64,000 nt of DNA from Camelus ferus (lineage: Eukaryota), in assembly GCF_009834535.1 (NCBI RefSeq), contig NC_045719.1, positions 7,254,001 to 7,318,000 of the forward strand. The letters are read 5' to 3'. Within the stretch, counting starts at the first letter, position 1. Each line of letters starts with the position of its first letter. The notes beneath the pieces are model-generated. The model saw nothing but the letters and a program-made list of their open reading frames with translations. It did not search any database and was not told the DNA's origin. Of the stretch, positions 49,971 through 62,644 are shown piece by piece. The position numbers were made by a program, and so were the translations under genes.

Positions 49971-50471
49971 TGATGGGGTTCAGGGCAACCTGCCCCCAAA
50001 TATGCCACTTTGGCATATTGATTATTTTGAATTAAAGCTACTTAAGAAACAGCTGGTGCAAGAGAGACACTCTGACCTTCCTTTGTCCTCCTGAAAGCAG
50101 GAAATAAATCTCCCACATGAAAGGTACCCTTCCTCTCCCAGGAGGTAAAAGGGGCGTCCCAGTTACCAGAGATAGAGAATTTAGGGCTAAAGATATATAA
50201 ACAAACTTCTTCTACACTAATTTACTGTCCCAAGTCCAAACTTCTTTGTCTCATCAGTTTCTCACAGGTTTATTGTTAATTTGTCCAGAAGGTATAAAAG
50301 CTGCCTGCTTTGGTCTCTTCTTGAAGTCCCATTTCTATGGGCTTCCATACACAAATTAAATTGAGGGATTTTTTTCTTGTTATATAGACATAATCTGTCT
50401 TACATCAATTTAATTATTAGACCAGCCAAACAACCTAAAAGGGAAGAAAGGAAGAATTTTCCTCCCCTACC
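49971..50471 (+). mobile_element. Solo ERV1 LTR, same family, opposite orientation
   Basis: Starts tgatggggttcagggc, near-TSD CTGG/TTGG, TATAAAA at 50293 and ATTAAA at 50355. Confidence 0.8.
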
Positions 50472-52449
50472 TTGGTACCAAAAGTATATGCCCCATACTT
50501 CACTGTGCAGCATCTGCTGGATTCTCCCGAGATTACCGGAACATACCCTCTTAAAAGCCAAGGAGAAGAAAGTCTTCTCTTTACTTCAGTCTAAGTCTTC
50601 TGCTCATATAAGTCTTAAATGCAGGAAGAAAAGCCTGGAGAGGATCCAGGAAACCCAATATCTTAAATGAGTTTTTTTGTGACAGCCTCTGAAAATGCTG
50701 GAAGGAAGAACTGTGTGCAAAATAAAACAAAGCTTTTATGCATTAATCAAAAGGGAATATTGCTCTATGAGTTCATAGCATCCCAAACCTCTGTTCTTTG
50801 GGTTCAGGCTTAACCGTATCTGTGAATACAGGTCTTTGTAATAATACTTTTGAAGCCTTTGTTTTTCATCATCCTTGCTACTAGCACTTTGTGTTAGTAA
50901 TAAAAGCTCTACAAATACTTTTTAACTGTGTCTTCTCTCCACCCAGAAATACGCAGGCATGATTTAACTTTTTAAAAAGCTATCATCTGCTTGAAATACA
51001 ATGCCATGAGTTTACTATTTGGTAACTTCAGTTATCATTTCTTCAAATTCTTTTACGTCCTTCCTTCCAGTGGGGCTGCATGGTTTCACTGCTCACCAGT
51101 CAGTAACAGCAATGACAGCAGCAAAAAGAACTATCTGTTGAACACTTCATATGATAAATGCTTGTTAGAGTTACATCCTTTACCCTCAAACAATCTTTCT
51201 CCTAGATACCATTATTATTCCATTTTACAGATGAGAAACTAAGACTTCAAGTGCTTAGGTAACTTACCCAAAAATCACATAGCTGCTACATTGTAATGCA
51301 GAGACTCAAATTCAAGTCTCAGTGACTTCAGACTGTCTTAACAAAAGGCAGTATATTATACTAGTTTACGTATTTATTTGTTTCAGAGTAATTATAAATA
51401 CAAATTACTAACTTATTATGAGGTTTAGCCTGTGATTTGACTCAACTGAGAATAAGTTTCTTATTAATTTTTCAATTAAAAATTATGTTTAATGTAATGG
51501 GAATCAAGGGCTGTTAACAGAAATGGTTTAGTTAGACTATAAACATATCACATACATATGAGCTTTACTTTATAGAATAGATATGCTTCTAAAATATGTG
51601 CATTAATGGTGTACATATTCTTATTTATATATACCAAGTTGTTGAAAAGGTAAAAAATGTTGCCATACCAAGTCATTATTTAAGATGATCTCATACCTAA
51701 GAGTCTAGCAAAAGTTTCAGTGATGTGTTTAAGTAAAAAAAAAAAAAAGTAACATCACCATTTAATAGCCATTGTATCATCATATCTTATTAAATCATCA
51801 TGTAATTTAATACCACAGAAATCATATGATTACCAATGAGTCAAGATTTTTTTGAGTCAAATGAGATGATATATATAAAGTTATTTTACAAACAATAGCT
51901 CCTAGAGCAGTACAAGGGAACAAAAATTAACATTTCCTGGGCTCCTTTGACGGCAGTGACTTGCCCTGTGTTAGCAACCTCCATTTAATCCTCTTATTGC
52001 CCTGGGAGGTAGATATGGTATTTTTGTTCCTTTTTTTTTCACTAATGGAAAAAGTGAGACTCTTAAAGGTGAATTAACTTGACCAAGGCACACAGCTAAC
52101 AACAAATGACAAAGGTTTCCAACCCCGGACTGGTTGTTTCCAAAGTTACTGTGCTTTCTCCTACAGCTTGGTCTCCCTGTTATTCCTGTATAATTACCCT
52201 TATTATAAAAGGGGAAAGAAACATCAACTATCATAAAAGCACATGATTATTTAACAAAACATGAGTTTTAAGGCAATATTTGAACAATTCTTCTTGTTTT
52301 TTCCCTAACATTTTAAAAATAAGTGAAGAGAATATGTGTAAGTATCATTTTAAAGAGCGTTTTAAAAGAGAGAAGTAATGAATATGGTTGCCCTCACAGG
52401 TTTAAAAATTTGATAAAAGTAAAAAAAAAACTGATAAAGCTGCCGTTAT

Positions 52450-53880
52450 TAAAGCAGTATGGTTCTGGTGAAATAACATATCAAGTATATAAATATAAAG
52501 TAGTAAATACTACTATGTAATTTCCAGTGGAAAGAATAGAACAATGGGACAACTAATTATCTATTTGGAAAAAAGAGAAATTAGATCAATACTTCATGTC
52601 CTATAACAACATCAAACATATTCAAGTGGATTCAAAATTTAAATGTAAAAGAAAATCACAAAAACACTCAGAAAATGTGTACACACTTTCAGGATTGGAA
52701 AGAAAATTTTAAGACTGGCAATTTAAAAGAAACTGAAAGTAAGAGATTGATAAATTGACTAAAATATTGTAAAAATTTCTCTGTGTTAAGAGAAAGTTTA
52801 CAAATACAGTTAAATGGCATGGGAAAACTTGGGAAAATGTTGCCATTGCTTATGAAAAACAAACATGAAAATTTGAATTCAGATATTCAACGTACAAAGA
52901 ACACTTACAAAACCATAAGAAAAGACAGTCATACCTAAATGCAAAGTTGGTGAATGACATAAACAGGCAATTCACAAAATTAGAAATATGAGTGGCCAAT
53001 AAATTTGCACAAGATCTTTGTTTTTCCAAATGGGTAGTCAGTTGTCCCAATATCCTACTCTTTCCATTGGAAATTACATAGTGTTTATTTCCTTATATTT
53101 ATGTATCATATTTATTCCTTTGATCTATTCTATGCAATATAAATGGTCATACAAATGCAAATTAAAATGTCTTTTTTTTAATTTACCAAGTTGGAATGAT
53201 TTTTTAAAATTCTTCTATGTTGTATCATCAAACATGCCAGGAAATATGAGCTCTCAAGCCCTGCTGTCAGGAGTGTAAATTGATCCGTCTTTTCCAGAGA
53301 GCAGTTTGTTAATTATGTATAAATTTGACCCACTGATTTTACTTCTATGAATTTATGCTGAGGAAATAAGCATAGATCTATCAAAAGGTTAACTATAAAC
53401 CTATTCATAGCACCACTGATTATACTAAGGAACATTTGAAAACAACCCTAAAAAAGCCCCACAGTAGGGGACTGATTTATTTTTTAGTACTTCCCTACAA
53501 TGGAACATCATTTCTACTGTAGAATGATGAAATGAAATGGTGCTGTACAAAAATCTTTAATGACACAAGAAGATGCTTATAATATGTTGTCAGAAAGAGA
53601 CAGAGAGCAGATTTTAAACCCACATGTACAATACCAACTTTGTAAAAACAAAATGTTTATACATATGCATCTGGAAGGAATATGCCAAAACATTAACAAA
53701 GTTCATTGCCCACATTGGAATTATGAAGGCAATCATGGATTCTTTTTATTTTCTTCTAATGCTTCCTCATTTTTTTTCCTAAAGGTTTTTTAAATGAATA
53801 TATATTTTATAATAAGAAAACTAAGTATGAGGCTTATTTTAAGATATAATTCACAGCTTTTCTTTATTACATTTCCAATA
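52450..53880 (+). mobile_element. Old, degraded L1M (ORF2 3' part and 3'UTR) with an internal inverted segment
   Basis: Degenerate L1 motifs (aaatgcaaattaaaa; ggaaaatgttgccattgc). See findings for the inversion. Confidence 0.65.
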
Positions 53881-54340
53881 AATGTGTATTCCTCTTTGCT
53901 GACATTTCTTTTTGTCTCATACTATGCTAATCATCTATTGGATTCTTCTCCTCATGAAGGTCTGATCTATGACCTCCACTTGGAAAGAAAGCTAAAGGCA
54001 AACCAGGACAGAAGAAAGAACAGAACCAAGGAACACATTTAAGAAGATGGCGTAGCAAAGGCAAGTGCGAGAAGAAACAGAGCAGAGGGGAGAGCCAGGC
54101 AATGCAACCGCCAACAGCAGCTGTGTCCAGGGTATCTGTCAGATCCTCGTATGAAGTCATTACTGGTAAGATGGATTGAAGATGTTAAATTTGTGCTCAG
54201 TGAGGCTGACTGTATAGTTTATCTTGCATTATTCAGAGGTGGATCATCTAACTTGTGGTTGAATTTGGCTCCTTTATGATCAAAGTTTGTTGTCATGTTT
54301 TGTGGGACCAAAGAGGTCCAGACATCTGATTAGTGTCTCC

Positions 54341-54651
54341 TCAAATGAACTTATTTATAAAACAGAAATAAACTCACAGACATAGAAAACAAACTTACGG
54401 TTACAAAAGGGGAAAAGAAGGGGAGGAATAAATTAGGAGTTTGGGATTAGCAGATACAAACTACTATATACAAAATAGATAAATAGCAGGGTTTTACTCT
54501 GTAGCACAGGGTACTATACTCAATAGCTTGTAATACCCTATAATGAAAAAGAATATGAAAAAGAATGTATATATGTATAACTCAATCACTATGCTGTATA
54601 TCAGAAACTAACACGACATTGTAAATCACCTATGCTTCAATTTTAAAAAAA
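54341..54651 (+). mobile_element. L1 3'UTR fragment with perfect TSD
   Basis: 14-bp TSD gattagtgtctcct (54327-54340 and 54652-54665). Confidence 0.9.
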
Positions 54652-54794
54652 GATTAGTGTCTCCTGACCCCCACCTTGCCTTCATAAACCATGCCAGGTT
54701 TCAGGTAGTCATTATCAGGGCTGAACAATGTCTAGAAAGCAGGCTTGGTTAAGTGCCATGTTTGAGGCCATTAGTCAGAATTTTCAAGAGGTAG

Positions 54795-55233
54795 TGTTCA
54801 GAATTGAACTGTGTCCTCCAAAAACATATGTTGAAGTCCTAACCCCTCAGTGCCTGAGAGTGTAATCGGATTTGAAAATAGGGTCTTTGCCAATGTTACA
54901 GGTTAAGAGGAGGTGGTTAGGTTGTGCCCTAATCTAGTGTAGTCCTTATAATGTGGGGAAATTTGAACATAGACACACATATGCACAAAGGGAAGATTAG
55001 ATGAAGAGACAGGGATAGTGCCAAGTGAAGATGAGAATGATACTGTCACAAGCCAAGGAATATCTGGGGCTGCCAGAAACCGGAAGAGGCAAGGAAGGCT
55101 CCTTCCCCTACAGGATTTAGTGGGCACCTTGACTTGGGCTTCTAACCACTGGAACTGTAAGACCATAAATTTCTGTTGTTCTGAAACACTGAGTTTGTGA
55201 CACTTTGTTACAGCAGCTGTAGGAAACTAACAC
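54795..55233 (+). mobile_element. MLT1 (MaLR) LTR
   Basis: Starts tgaactgtgtcctccaaaa..tatgttgaagtcctaacc and ends ttacagcagc..aggaaactaaca. Confidence 0.8.
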
Positions 55234-56499
55234 AGATGGTATCACCTCCTCTCTAAAAAAGGTGCAGCTAATTCCAGGAGATGCTGGGAAAGGAGGAGTG
55301 CTCTAGTGCACGGCTGTAAAGCTAGTCACAGAGCGCTGGGCATCTGGTCCTGCCTGCACTCTACCTGTTTTATACATATACCCTTATGCTCAGTTTCCAT
55401 TTTGCCATCATTTTTCATGTGTAAATTGGGATTAAAATCTGGTCTCCTTCACAGGACTTCTGCCCAGAATTAATATCTTAAAGCATGTTGGGAAGCACTT
55501 TGAAAAGGAAGGGAGTACCTAAATACAGCAGAGCTGGGTAACGTGACCACCATAATAACCATGCTGGACGGAAGTGGTTACGGGACCTCAAAGGTTAAGG
55601 CCAGTGTTAACTCTGTCTAATGCTTTGTAAAGGGCTTTCGATCTCATGAGGCTTCACCAGTGTGTTAGAACAGCAAGCTGCAGGGCCAGCTCGATGCCTG
55701 GTGCACAGATGGACTGGTCTGGGTAGAGATGTCCGTATGGTTTACATGCACTAGAACACAGAAACCCCAGAGGTCGCACAACAGTCACCTCATAAATGAG
55801 GCTGTCCCAGGAAGGCAAATGTTTTTCTAAATTAATAAAATCTCTTTAGGAAACCAGAGATTTCTCGGAGTGACAGGCAGAGAACAAAAGAAGGAGGCCA
55901 CAGGACCTTTTGGTTGGAGCACCCAAGTACCTTGAGGCACAAGAGTCTTGGATTCAGTGAAAGATGCCCTAGAAAGTCAGCCACACTCTGAAGGCAGGAC
56001 CACTCATCTTGCCTCTCCAAATGCCTCTGCTACAGGGACACACTCGTATTTTAGAACCAGAAAGAGTTTACCTGTTCTTTTTTTACTGTAGCTTAATCTT
56101 GTGCAAACTTTTACATTTATCAGCAAGCCCCACCAGAATGAGAAGCAAACGTCCCAAATCTTGAGCTTGAGGAACCCAGAATTACATAAAAACTTAAACA
56201 TAGTAATATTACCCACAGCTGTACATAAAGCAATGGAAGCTTGAGGTCCACAGTGTCTGCTATCTACCACGTCTGCTCAAGCCAAATCAAAATTAAAATA
56301 TTAGCAAGTTTTTGTCAGTTAACAACGGCAAGTGTTGGAGAGGCTAGATAAGAAGCATGAGACATGTAAACTCTCTGCCTTCATGAAGCTGACAATCAAA
56401 ATAACTGCAACCAAAATGCATTTTTGTCAGTTGTCTATTGAGTTCCTGCTATGGACTGAATGTTTGTGTCTGCTCAAAATTCATATGTTGAAGATGTCC

Positions 56500-57000
56500 C
56501 TTACATGTACAATCTTAAAAAATACACAAATGAACTTATTCACAAAACAGAAAGAGACTCCCAGACATAGAAAACAACCTTATGGTTACCAAAGGGGAAA
56601 AGGGGTGAGAGGGATAAATTGGGAGTTTGGTATTAACGGATACACACTACTATATACAGGATAGATAAACAACAGGGTCCTACTACATAGCACAGGGAGC
56701 TACATTCAATGGTTTGTAGTTACTTGTAATGAAAAAGAATACAAAAAAGGTGGGGGAGGGTGCAGCTCAGTGGTAGGGTGCTTGCCTATCATGCACCAGG
56801 TCCTGAGTTCAATCCCCAGTACCTCCATCAAAGAAGAATAAATTAAAAAAAAAACCTAATTATCTCACCCCACAAAAAAGTAAAAAAAAAAAACAAAAAA
56901 AAAACGCAAAAAAGAATATATACATACAACTAAAGCACTATGCTATATACCAGAATCTGATACAAAATTGTAAATCAACTGTACATCAAAAAAAAAAAAT
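56500..57000 (+). mobile_element. L1 3'UTR fragment following an MLT1 5' stub (56443-56499)
   Basis: Same L1 3'UTR motifs as the copies at 1040, 8495, 15224 and 54341. Confidence 0.8.
56749..56905 (+). mobile_element. tRNA-derived SINE (Vic-1-like) nested in an L1 3'UTR
   Basis: Head and long A-rich tail. The L1 sequence resumes after it. Confidence 0.85.
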
Positions 57001-58134
57001 TTTTAAAGAAAACTTGTATCCCTGCTACTTCCTTGCTTTCAACGGCTTTGTTTGTTGTTTTGTTTTGACATTTTCTAAACTTTTTTTTTATTGAGGTATA
57101 GTTGATGAACTCAATGGCTTTTATGAAAGCTACATCACTCTGACATAAAAACTTGCAAGTGACCAGGTACAGAGAACTCCATAATGCTTAAAAAGTGACT
57201 AAAACTGTGCCTGTGACTGACCTATGATGACAGAAGTATAGTAGTTACCTTCAGAGGAAAGTATTAGCCAGGCAGGATAGAGCCTTCTAGAAATGTGCCA
57301 CACCTCATGGATCTACATGTAGGGAAAAATCATCAGGCTGTAAACTTAAGATGTGTGCACTTTACTATAAATTATACCTCAATAAACTGTTTTATTTCTA
57401 CCTGTGAAGTGTATTCACATCCTCCTCAAAATCAGGTAAAGCAATAATATGTTATAAATTAATGACTTATAAATTAATAGGAACTAATACAATTTTTATA
57501 TTTTTAAGTCAAGAGATCCCTGGAAGCATGCATTTAATTGTTAAATAATACACCACATAGCCATGAATATGGATTATCCATAAAAGCAAGGCCATTTGTT
57601 GGCAGCAGTTGAATCTGAAAGACCAATGGTTTAAAAAAAAATTGTTTCCTAAAGCCCGACTCCTTTCAGTTATATAAACACAATGAGCACAGGTGGACCA
57701 AGGACACCCCATTGAACACCAGAACACCAGACTTCCCTCACCTCTGAAGTCACCTGTTAGTGGCTCCAGGGACCTGAGACTCACAGACAGTTATGCCACA
57801 GCCTCTGAAGACTAATTGCAGTTTCTCAGTCCCCCTCAGGGCCTCAATACTGAATTCAGCAGCAGTACATACCGGGAGAAAAATCCATCAGCTTAGAAGA
57901 GACTCTTATCCTGACTTATTGCCGTCCCTCGCTCACAGATCAGAAGAAAAGTGTAGATAACTGACCCTGGTTCCCAGGGCCCAGTTCCCTCCATTCCAAC
58001 CACTGTAGGAGAATTTCCTCAAAGCTGGTCCACTGAAAAAATTATGGCCCTTTCACAGCAGAGCTCCCCTCCATAGGCTAGCCTAGGAAATTTTAATTCT
58101 CAAGCTAAGTAAAATACGAAATTTTAAGAGACAC

Positions 58135-58581
58135 TGTATTAGGTTTCTAGAGATCTGGAAATAAAGTACCACAAACCAGAGGACTTAAACAACAGAAGTT
58201 TATGGTCTCACACCTACAGGGGCTAGAAGCCCAGATCAAGGTGCTACCAGGGCTAGTTCCTAGAAGGGACATGGAGAATCCGTTGCAGGCTCTCCCTGAG
58301 CTTCTGGTGGTTTGCCAGCAGTCTTCAGCGTTTCTTGGCTTGTAGACACACTGCCTGGATCTCTTTCTTCATGTCCACATGATGTTCCCCCTGTGTGTGC
58401 ATCTGTGTCCAAATTGCCCCTTTTTATAAGGACACCAGTCACATGGGATTAGGGAATACTGTCCACTGTATCACCTCATCTTAACTGATTATACCTGCAG
58501 TGACCGTATTTCCAAATAAGGTTACATTCTGGGGTTTAGGACTTCAGCATACATATTTTGGAGGGCTTTAACTCAGCCCAT
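58135..58581 (-). mobile_element. MLT1 (MaLR) LTR
   Basis: tgtattagg..accacaaacc..ggacttaaacaacagaag..actcagcccata. Confidence 0.8.
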
Positions 58582-59169
58582 AGTAGTCATACTCTGCTAG
58601 GTCTTTTTTTCAAGCTCCACTCTGCCCCCGGCTTAGCTCAGGCCTCTCCATCCTTCACCTGGGCTCCTGCAGCGCACTCCCAACTACCTGCAGCCCCAAT
58701 TCCCTCCATAGCATCCTCCACACAGTCCCCCAAATTAGCTGTTCAAATCCAAATCTAGCTCTGAGCTCATTTTTTCCCCTACTTTCTCCAGTGCAATTAA
58801 GAACAACAGTTAAACTCATTATACTCATCATTTTGACAACAGCGTTCTAAGGTTTCAAGTACATGGTCACTCAGAACCTTACCTCTTATAACTACTTGGT
58901 TAGGAGTATCCAAAGGCAATATTTTGCATATCTCCATGGCTGCATCACACCATGGACTGTTAGTGCCCTGGAAATAGAGTTGTTCATGCCTTTAAATGCA
59001 ATCATACTAGACAGCAGATTCCAGAAAATCCAGAACCAGTTCAGAAAACTCATCCTTCAGATTCTGCTGCTCTAGACCCTCTCTCACTACCAAACTCTGT
59101 ATCCTTCAAGGAAAACAAAACCAGTTATACTAGTTTCCTTGTCTGATACAGATTCTGGTCTTGAGAGTA

Positions 59170-59518
59170 GTTGTAGAGGTTCTAATAAAATATATATTAG
59201 AGACAGGGATCCAGAGATTTCAAGGAATGGGCTTACAAGACTGTGCGGGCTGTCAAGCCTCAAATCCGTTGGGGAGGCTGGGACTCTCAGGCAGGAGCTG
59301 ATGCTGACAACTTCTTCCTCAGGGAAATCCGTTTTTAAGGCCTTTCAGCTGATTGAGTGAGGTCCACCCACGTTACCAAGGACAAGCTCCTTTGCTTAAA
59401 GTCAACTAATTGTGTATATTAACCACATTTACAAAATACCTTCACAGAGAGGCTTAGTATTTGTTTGGATAACTGGCTGCCAAAGCCCAGCCAAGTTGAC
59501 ATGTAGAACTAACCATCA
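59170..59518 (-). mobile_element. MLT2 (ERVL) LTR
   Basis: Ends gcccagccaagttgacat..aactaaccatca on the + strand, typical of MLT2. Confidence 0.7.
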
Positions 59519-60824
59519 TGATCTCTAGTAGTGACTTCTGTTTTCATTATAACTAACACATAACATAATTCCTTGGGTCATCCAATCACAATAAGACACT
59601 GCAAGTTTTGTCTAAATTGTATTCTTTGTTTCCAGTCCTTCCAAAATCATGACAAAAACTATCATTTAAACTTAATTTACATTGATAGTATTTATTCATG
59701 GTTAAGCAAGTCTCACAGAGTCAACAATTTCATATAGAACAGCTCTACCGCGAGGAAAAAACCCTTAGTGGTTTGTGGATAAGGTTTTGAAAACGTTTAT
59801 TTATAGCCAAGAATTGCCAGAAATAACAGTCAAATTAATAATTAAATAGAAAGCTTTTATTGCAAAAGGAGCAAAGCTAAAATAAATAGGAACCATCTGA
59901 AATTTTTCAATATACAAATTCATAGAGCTTTTATTTAACCGACCAGTTATTACAATAATAACTAACAACCTGACATCTTCCAAGTCCCCTGGCACTCCTG
60001 GCCTCTAAATCCGAGAAGCTGACAGGAATACCCTGGCAATTCAGCTTGTGTGGGAGGAAATAAGAGAGAAATCAACGAAAAATTGTGGAAAAACATGGGG
60101 GCAAATGGAAAATATTCTAATTTGTTTTGTATTATTGCATAGAGAAGAACGGGTTTTTACGGTCATAAACTCAAATATGCAAGACTATATTTTATTTTCC
60201 TGTAACTGAATTTAATTTCTGCCCTGCGCTTATATTACTACCCAAAAGCAGAAAATTTTATCTAATAAATTTCTCGGTAAACTCAGTCAAATCAATGATC
60301 ACCCAATCATTCCATGTTTTCAGTCAGTCAATTCAGGAATTTTTTTCTCAGTAAATTCTCCCGTTCTACCCATTACAAGGGGCATAAGGACCAGAGAAAT
60401 TATGAAAGTGCCGGTGTGTCAGTGTGTAAAGTGTCTGGTTCCTCTCAGTTCTCTCTCACGGAAGCATGTGTGTCTGTAGACAAGTAACTCATCTTTCTGG
60501 GTCTTAGCTGGTTCTTCCTTCAGATGGTCCATGTAGCATCTGTTGACTAGTTTCCTGCATTCATGACTGGAGGCCACTGCTAATACACAGACTTCTCTCA
60601 GCCAATCCTACTCCTCTCTTGAGAATATGGAAATCTCTCTAATGCTCTTCTGCACTCCTCTGGGTCCACAGGTGACTCAGGGGGCAGCCTCAGGCACTCT
60701 GCTCAGACCTCCCCTCTGGGCATTTGCCACTGCCAAACCATACTTTGGGTGGGGATTTATCCTCAGGCCTGACTTGAGAAGGGAAGTACTCATGTACTCC
60801 TCGCCCACATGGAGTATAATGTCA

Positions 60825-60825
<1 letters not shown>

Positions 60826-60854
<29 letters not shown>
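60826..60854. repeat. (CA)n microsatellite
   Basis: Visible tract. Confidence 0.9.
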
Positions 60855-60856
<2 letters not shown>

Positions 60857-61689
60857 CCCAGAATGGGGAGGCAGGACACTGGGACCCTTTTCACCAATGG
60901 TGAACTCTATTCTCTGCTATCTCTGAAACACTACTTTTTCCAACTAGGTCTTGCTCTTGGATGAGGCAGTGGTGAATGTACGACCCTTGCCTCAGTATCT
61001 GGAGACTTTTCTTGCTAATCTGTCATCTCTATAAAAGAAAGTCTAAGGTTATTTTTTATCAAGATTATTTTTATTCTGGCTGTATCACTCTTTGCCAAAA
61101 GTAACAAAATCTTCCACTGATGTAATGAGTTAAAAGTTTTGGCAAAAAAATGAAAGTGGAGGGACCCTTGATTCAGCTTTTCACGCCACTACCATTATGA
61201 TGTTCTAACAGCAGAACCATTATTGTTCCATGTTGACCATAGTATGTATGTACATAGTATGTACAAAGCTGCCCTGCATTTTAGGAGGTCTGACAGGTTT
61301 ATATATGAATCCCAGGTCCATTATGTTCTCTCTAATTGGTCTTGGACAAGTTACTTAACCTCTTTGAAGCTCATTTTCCTCATTCTCCACCCCATCTCAT
61401 AAGATTATTGTAAGAGTTAAATGGGACAACGTTGGTTCCCGGTTCCAATTAGGCCAAATTTTAAAGCCCCAGTTGGCACAATCTCAACATAAACTACTGT
61501 ATAAAAGCTAATTTTTTTTTTTGGCTTCAAACAACAGAAATTCATTCTCCCACAATTCTGGAGACCAGAAGACCAAGAGCAAGGTGCTGGCAGGGCTGCG
61601 CTTCCTCCAGGGGCTCCAGGAGAGTCAGGTGATGACCTACTTGGTGTAGCCAGTTCCAATGTCTAACTACCTTATGGAAGGAAGATCTA

Positions 61690-62644
61690 CTAATGTCCAC
61701 CTGAGCTGCTTCTGCAAAGCAATTTAGATGCTAACTACCCAACTACCCAGAGTTCGCGAAGACGTCACGGGCTGAGAGGGCAGTCCTCCACAAGAACCCC
61801 CTTGCTTGAGATACAAGATCCCAAGATTTCCAGGCCACCAAGGCTTCTGTCCAACTGGCTAAAAATTCGGGGGTTCACACTACTCCCTTCAGATTTGATA
61901 ATTTAATAGAAAGTCTCATAACACTCAAGAAAGTGCTATCTTGATGATTATGGTTTTATTATAAAGGATGCAAATCAAGACCAGACAAAAGAAGAAACCT
62001 GTAGAGGGAGGTGTAGGAAGTTCGCAAACATGAAGCTTCCATGTCCTCTCCCTGTGGAATCAGGACACGTCACCCCGCTGGCACATCAATGTGTTCACCG
62101 ACTGGGAAGCTGACTGAGCTTGGTGTCCAGAATTTTTATCAGAGTTTCATTAAGTAGGCATGATCGATTGAGTCATTGACCATGTGATTAAATTCCATCT
62201 CCAGCTCCATTTCCCCCTGCCAGAAGTTGGGCTGACATCACCTGGCTCAAAACTGCACCCCTCTAATCATACGGTTTTGGGGGGAGGGAATAGCTCAGTG
62301 GTAGAGTGCCTGCCCAGCATGTACAAGGTCCTGGGTTCAATCCCCAGTACCTCCACTTCAAAAAGTAAATTTATATAAATAAACCTAATTAGTTCCTCTC
62401 CTTAAAAAAAAAAAAAGGCGTTCTAACCAATATGGTTGGTCTTTCCAGCATGGCCATCACCCATCCTAAAACTGTCTGAGGGCCCCAACTTAGATAGAGT
62501 CACCTCATTGGTGTAAACTTAGGTGTGGTCTGAAGGGCCCTCTGTGAATCATAGTCACTTCCATCACTGGGGAAATTCCAAGAGATTAAAATCTCCACCC
62601 CAGGAACCTAGGGCAAAGGGCAGACAAATTCTTTATTAAACAAC
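61690..62644 (-). mobile_element. MER21-like LTR with nested SINE
   Basis: Recognisable MER21-type sequence ending ttctttattaaacaaca (AATAAA on the minus strand). Start approximate. Confidence 0.65.
62279..62417 (+). mobile_element. tRNA-derived SINE (Vic-1-like) nested in the MER21-like LTR
   Basis: Head plus poly-A tail with degenerate TSD. Confidence 0.87.
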
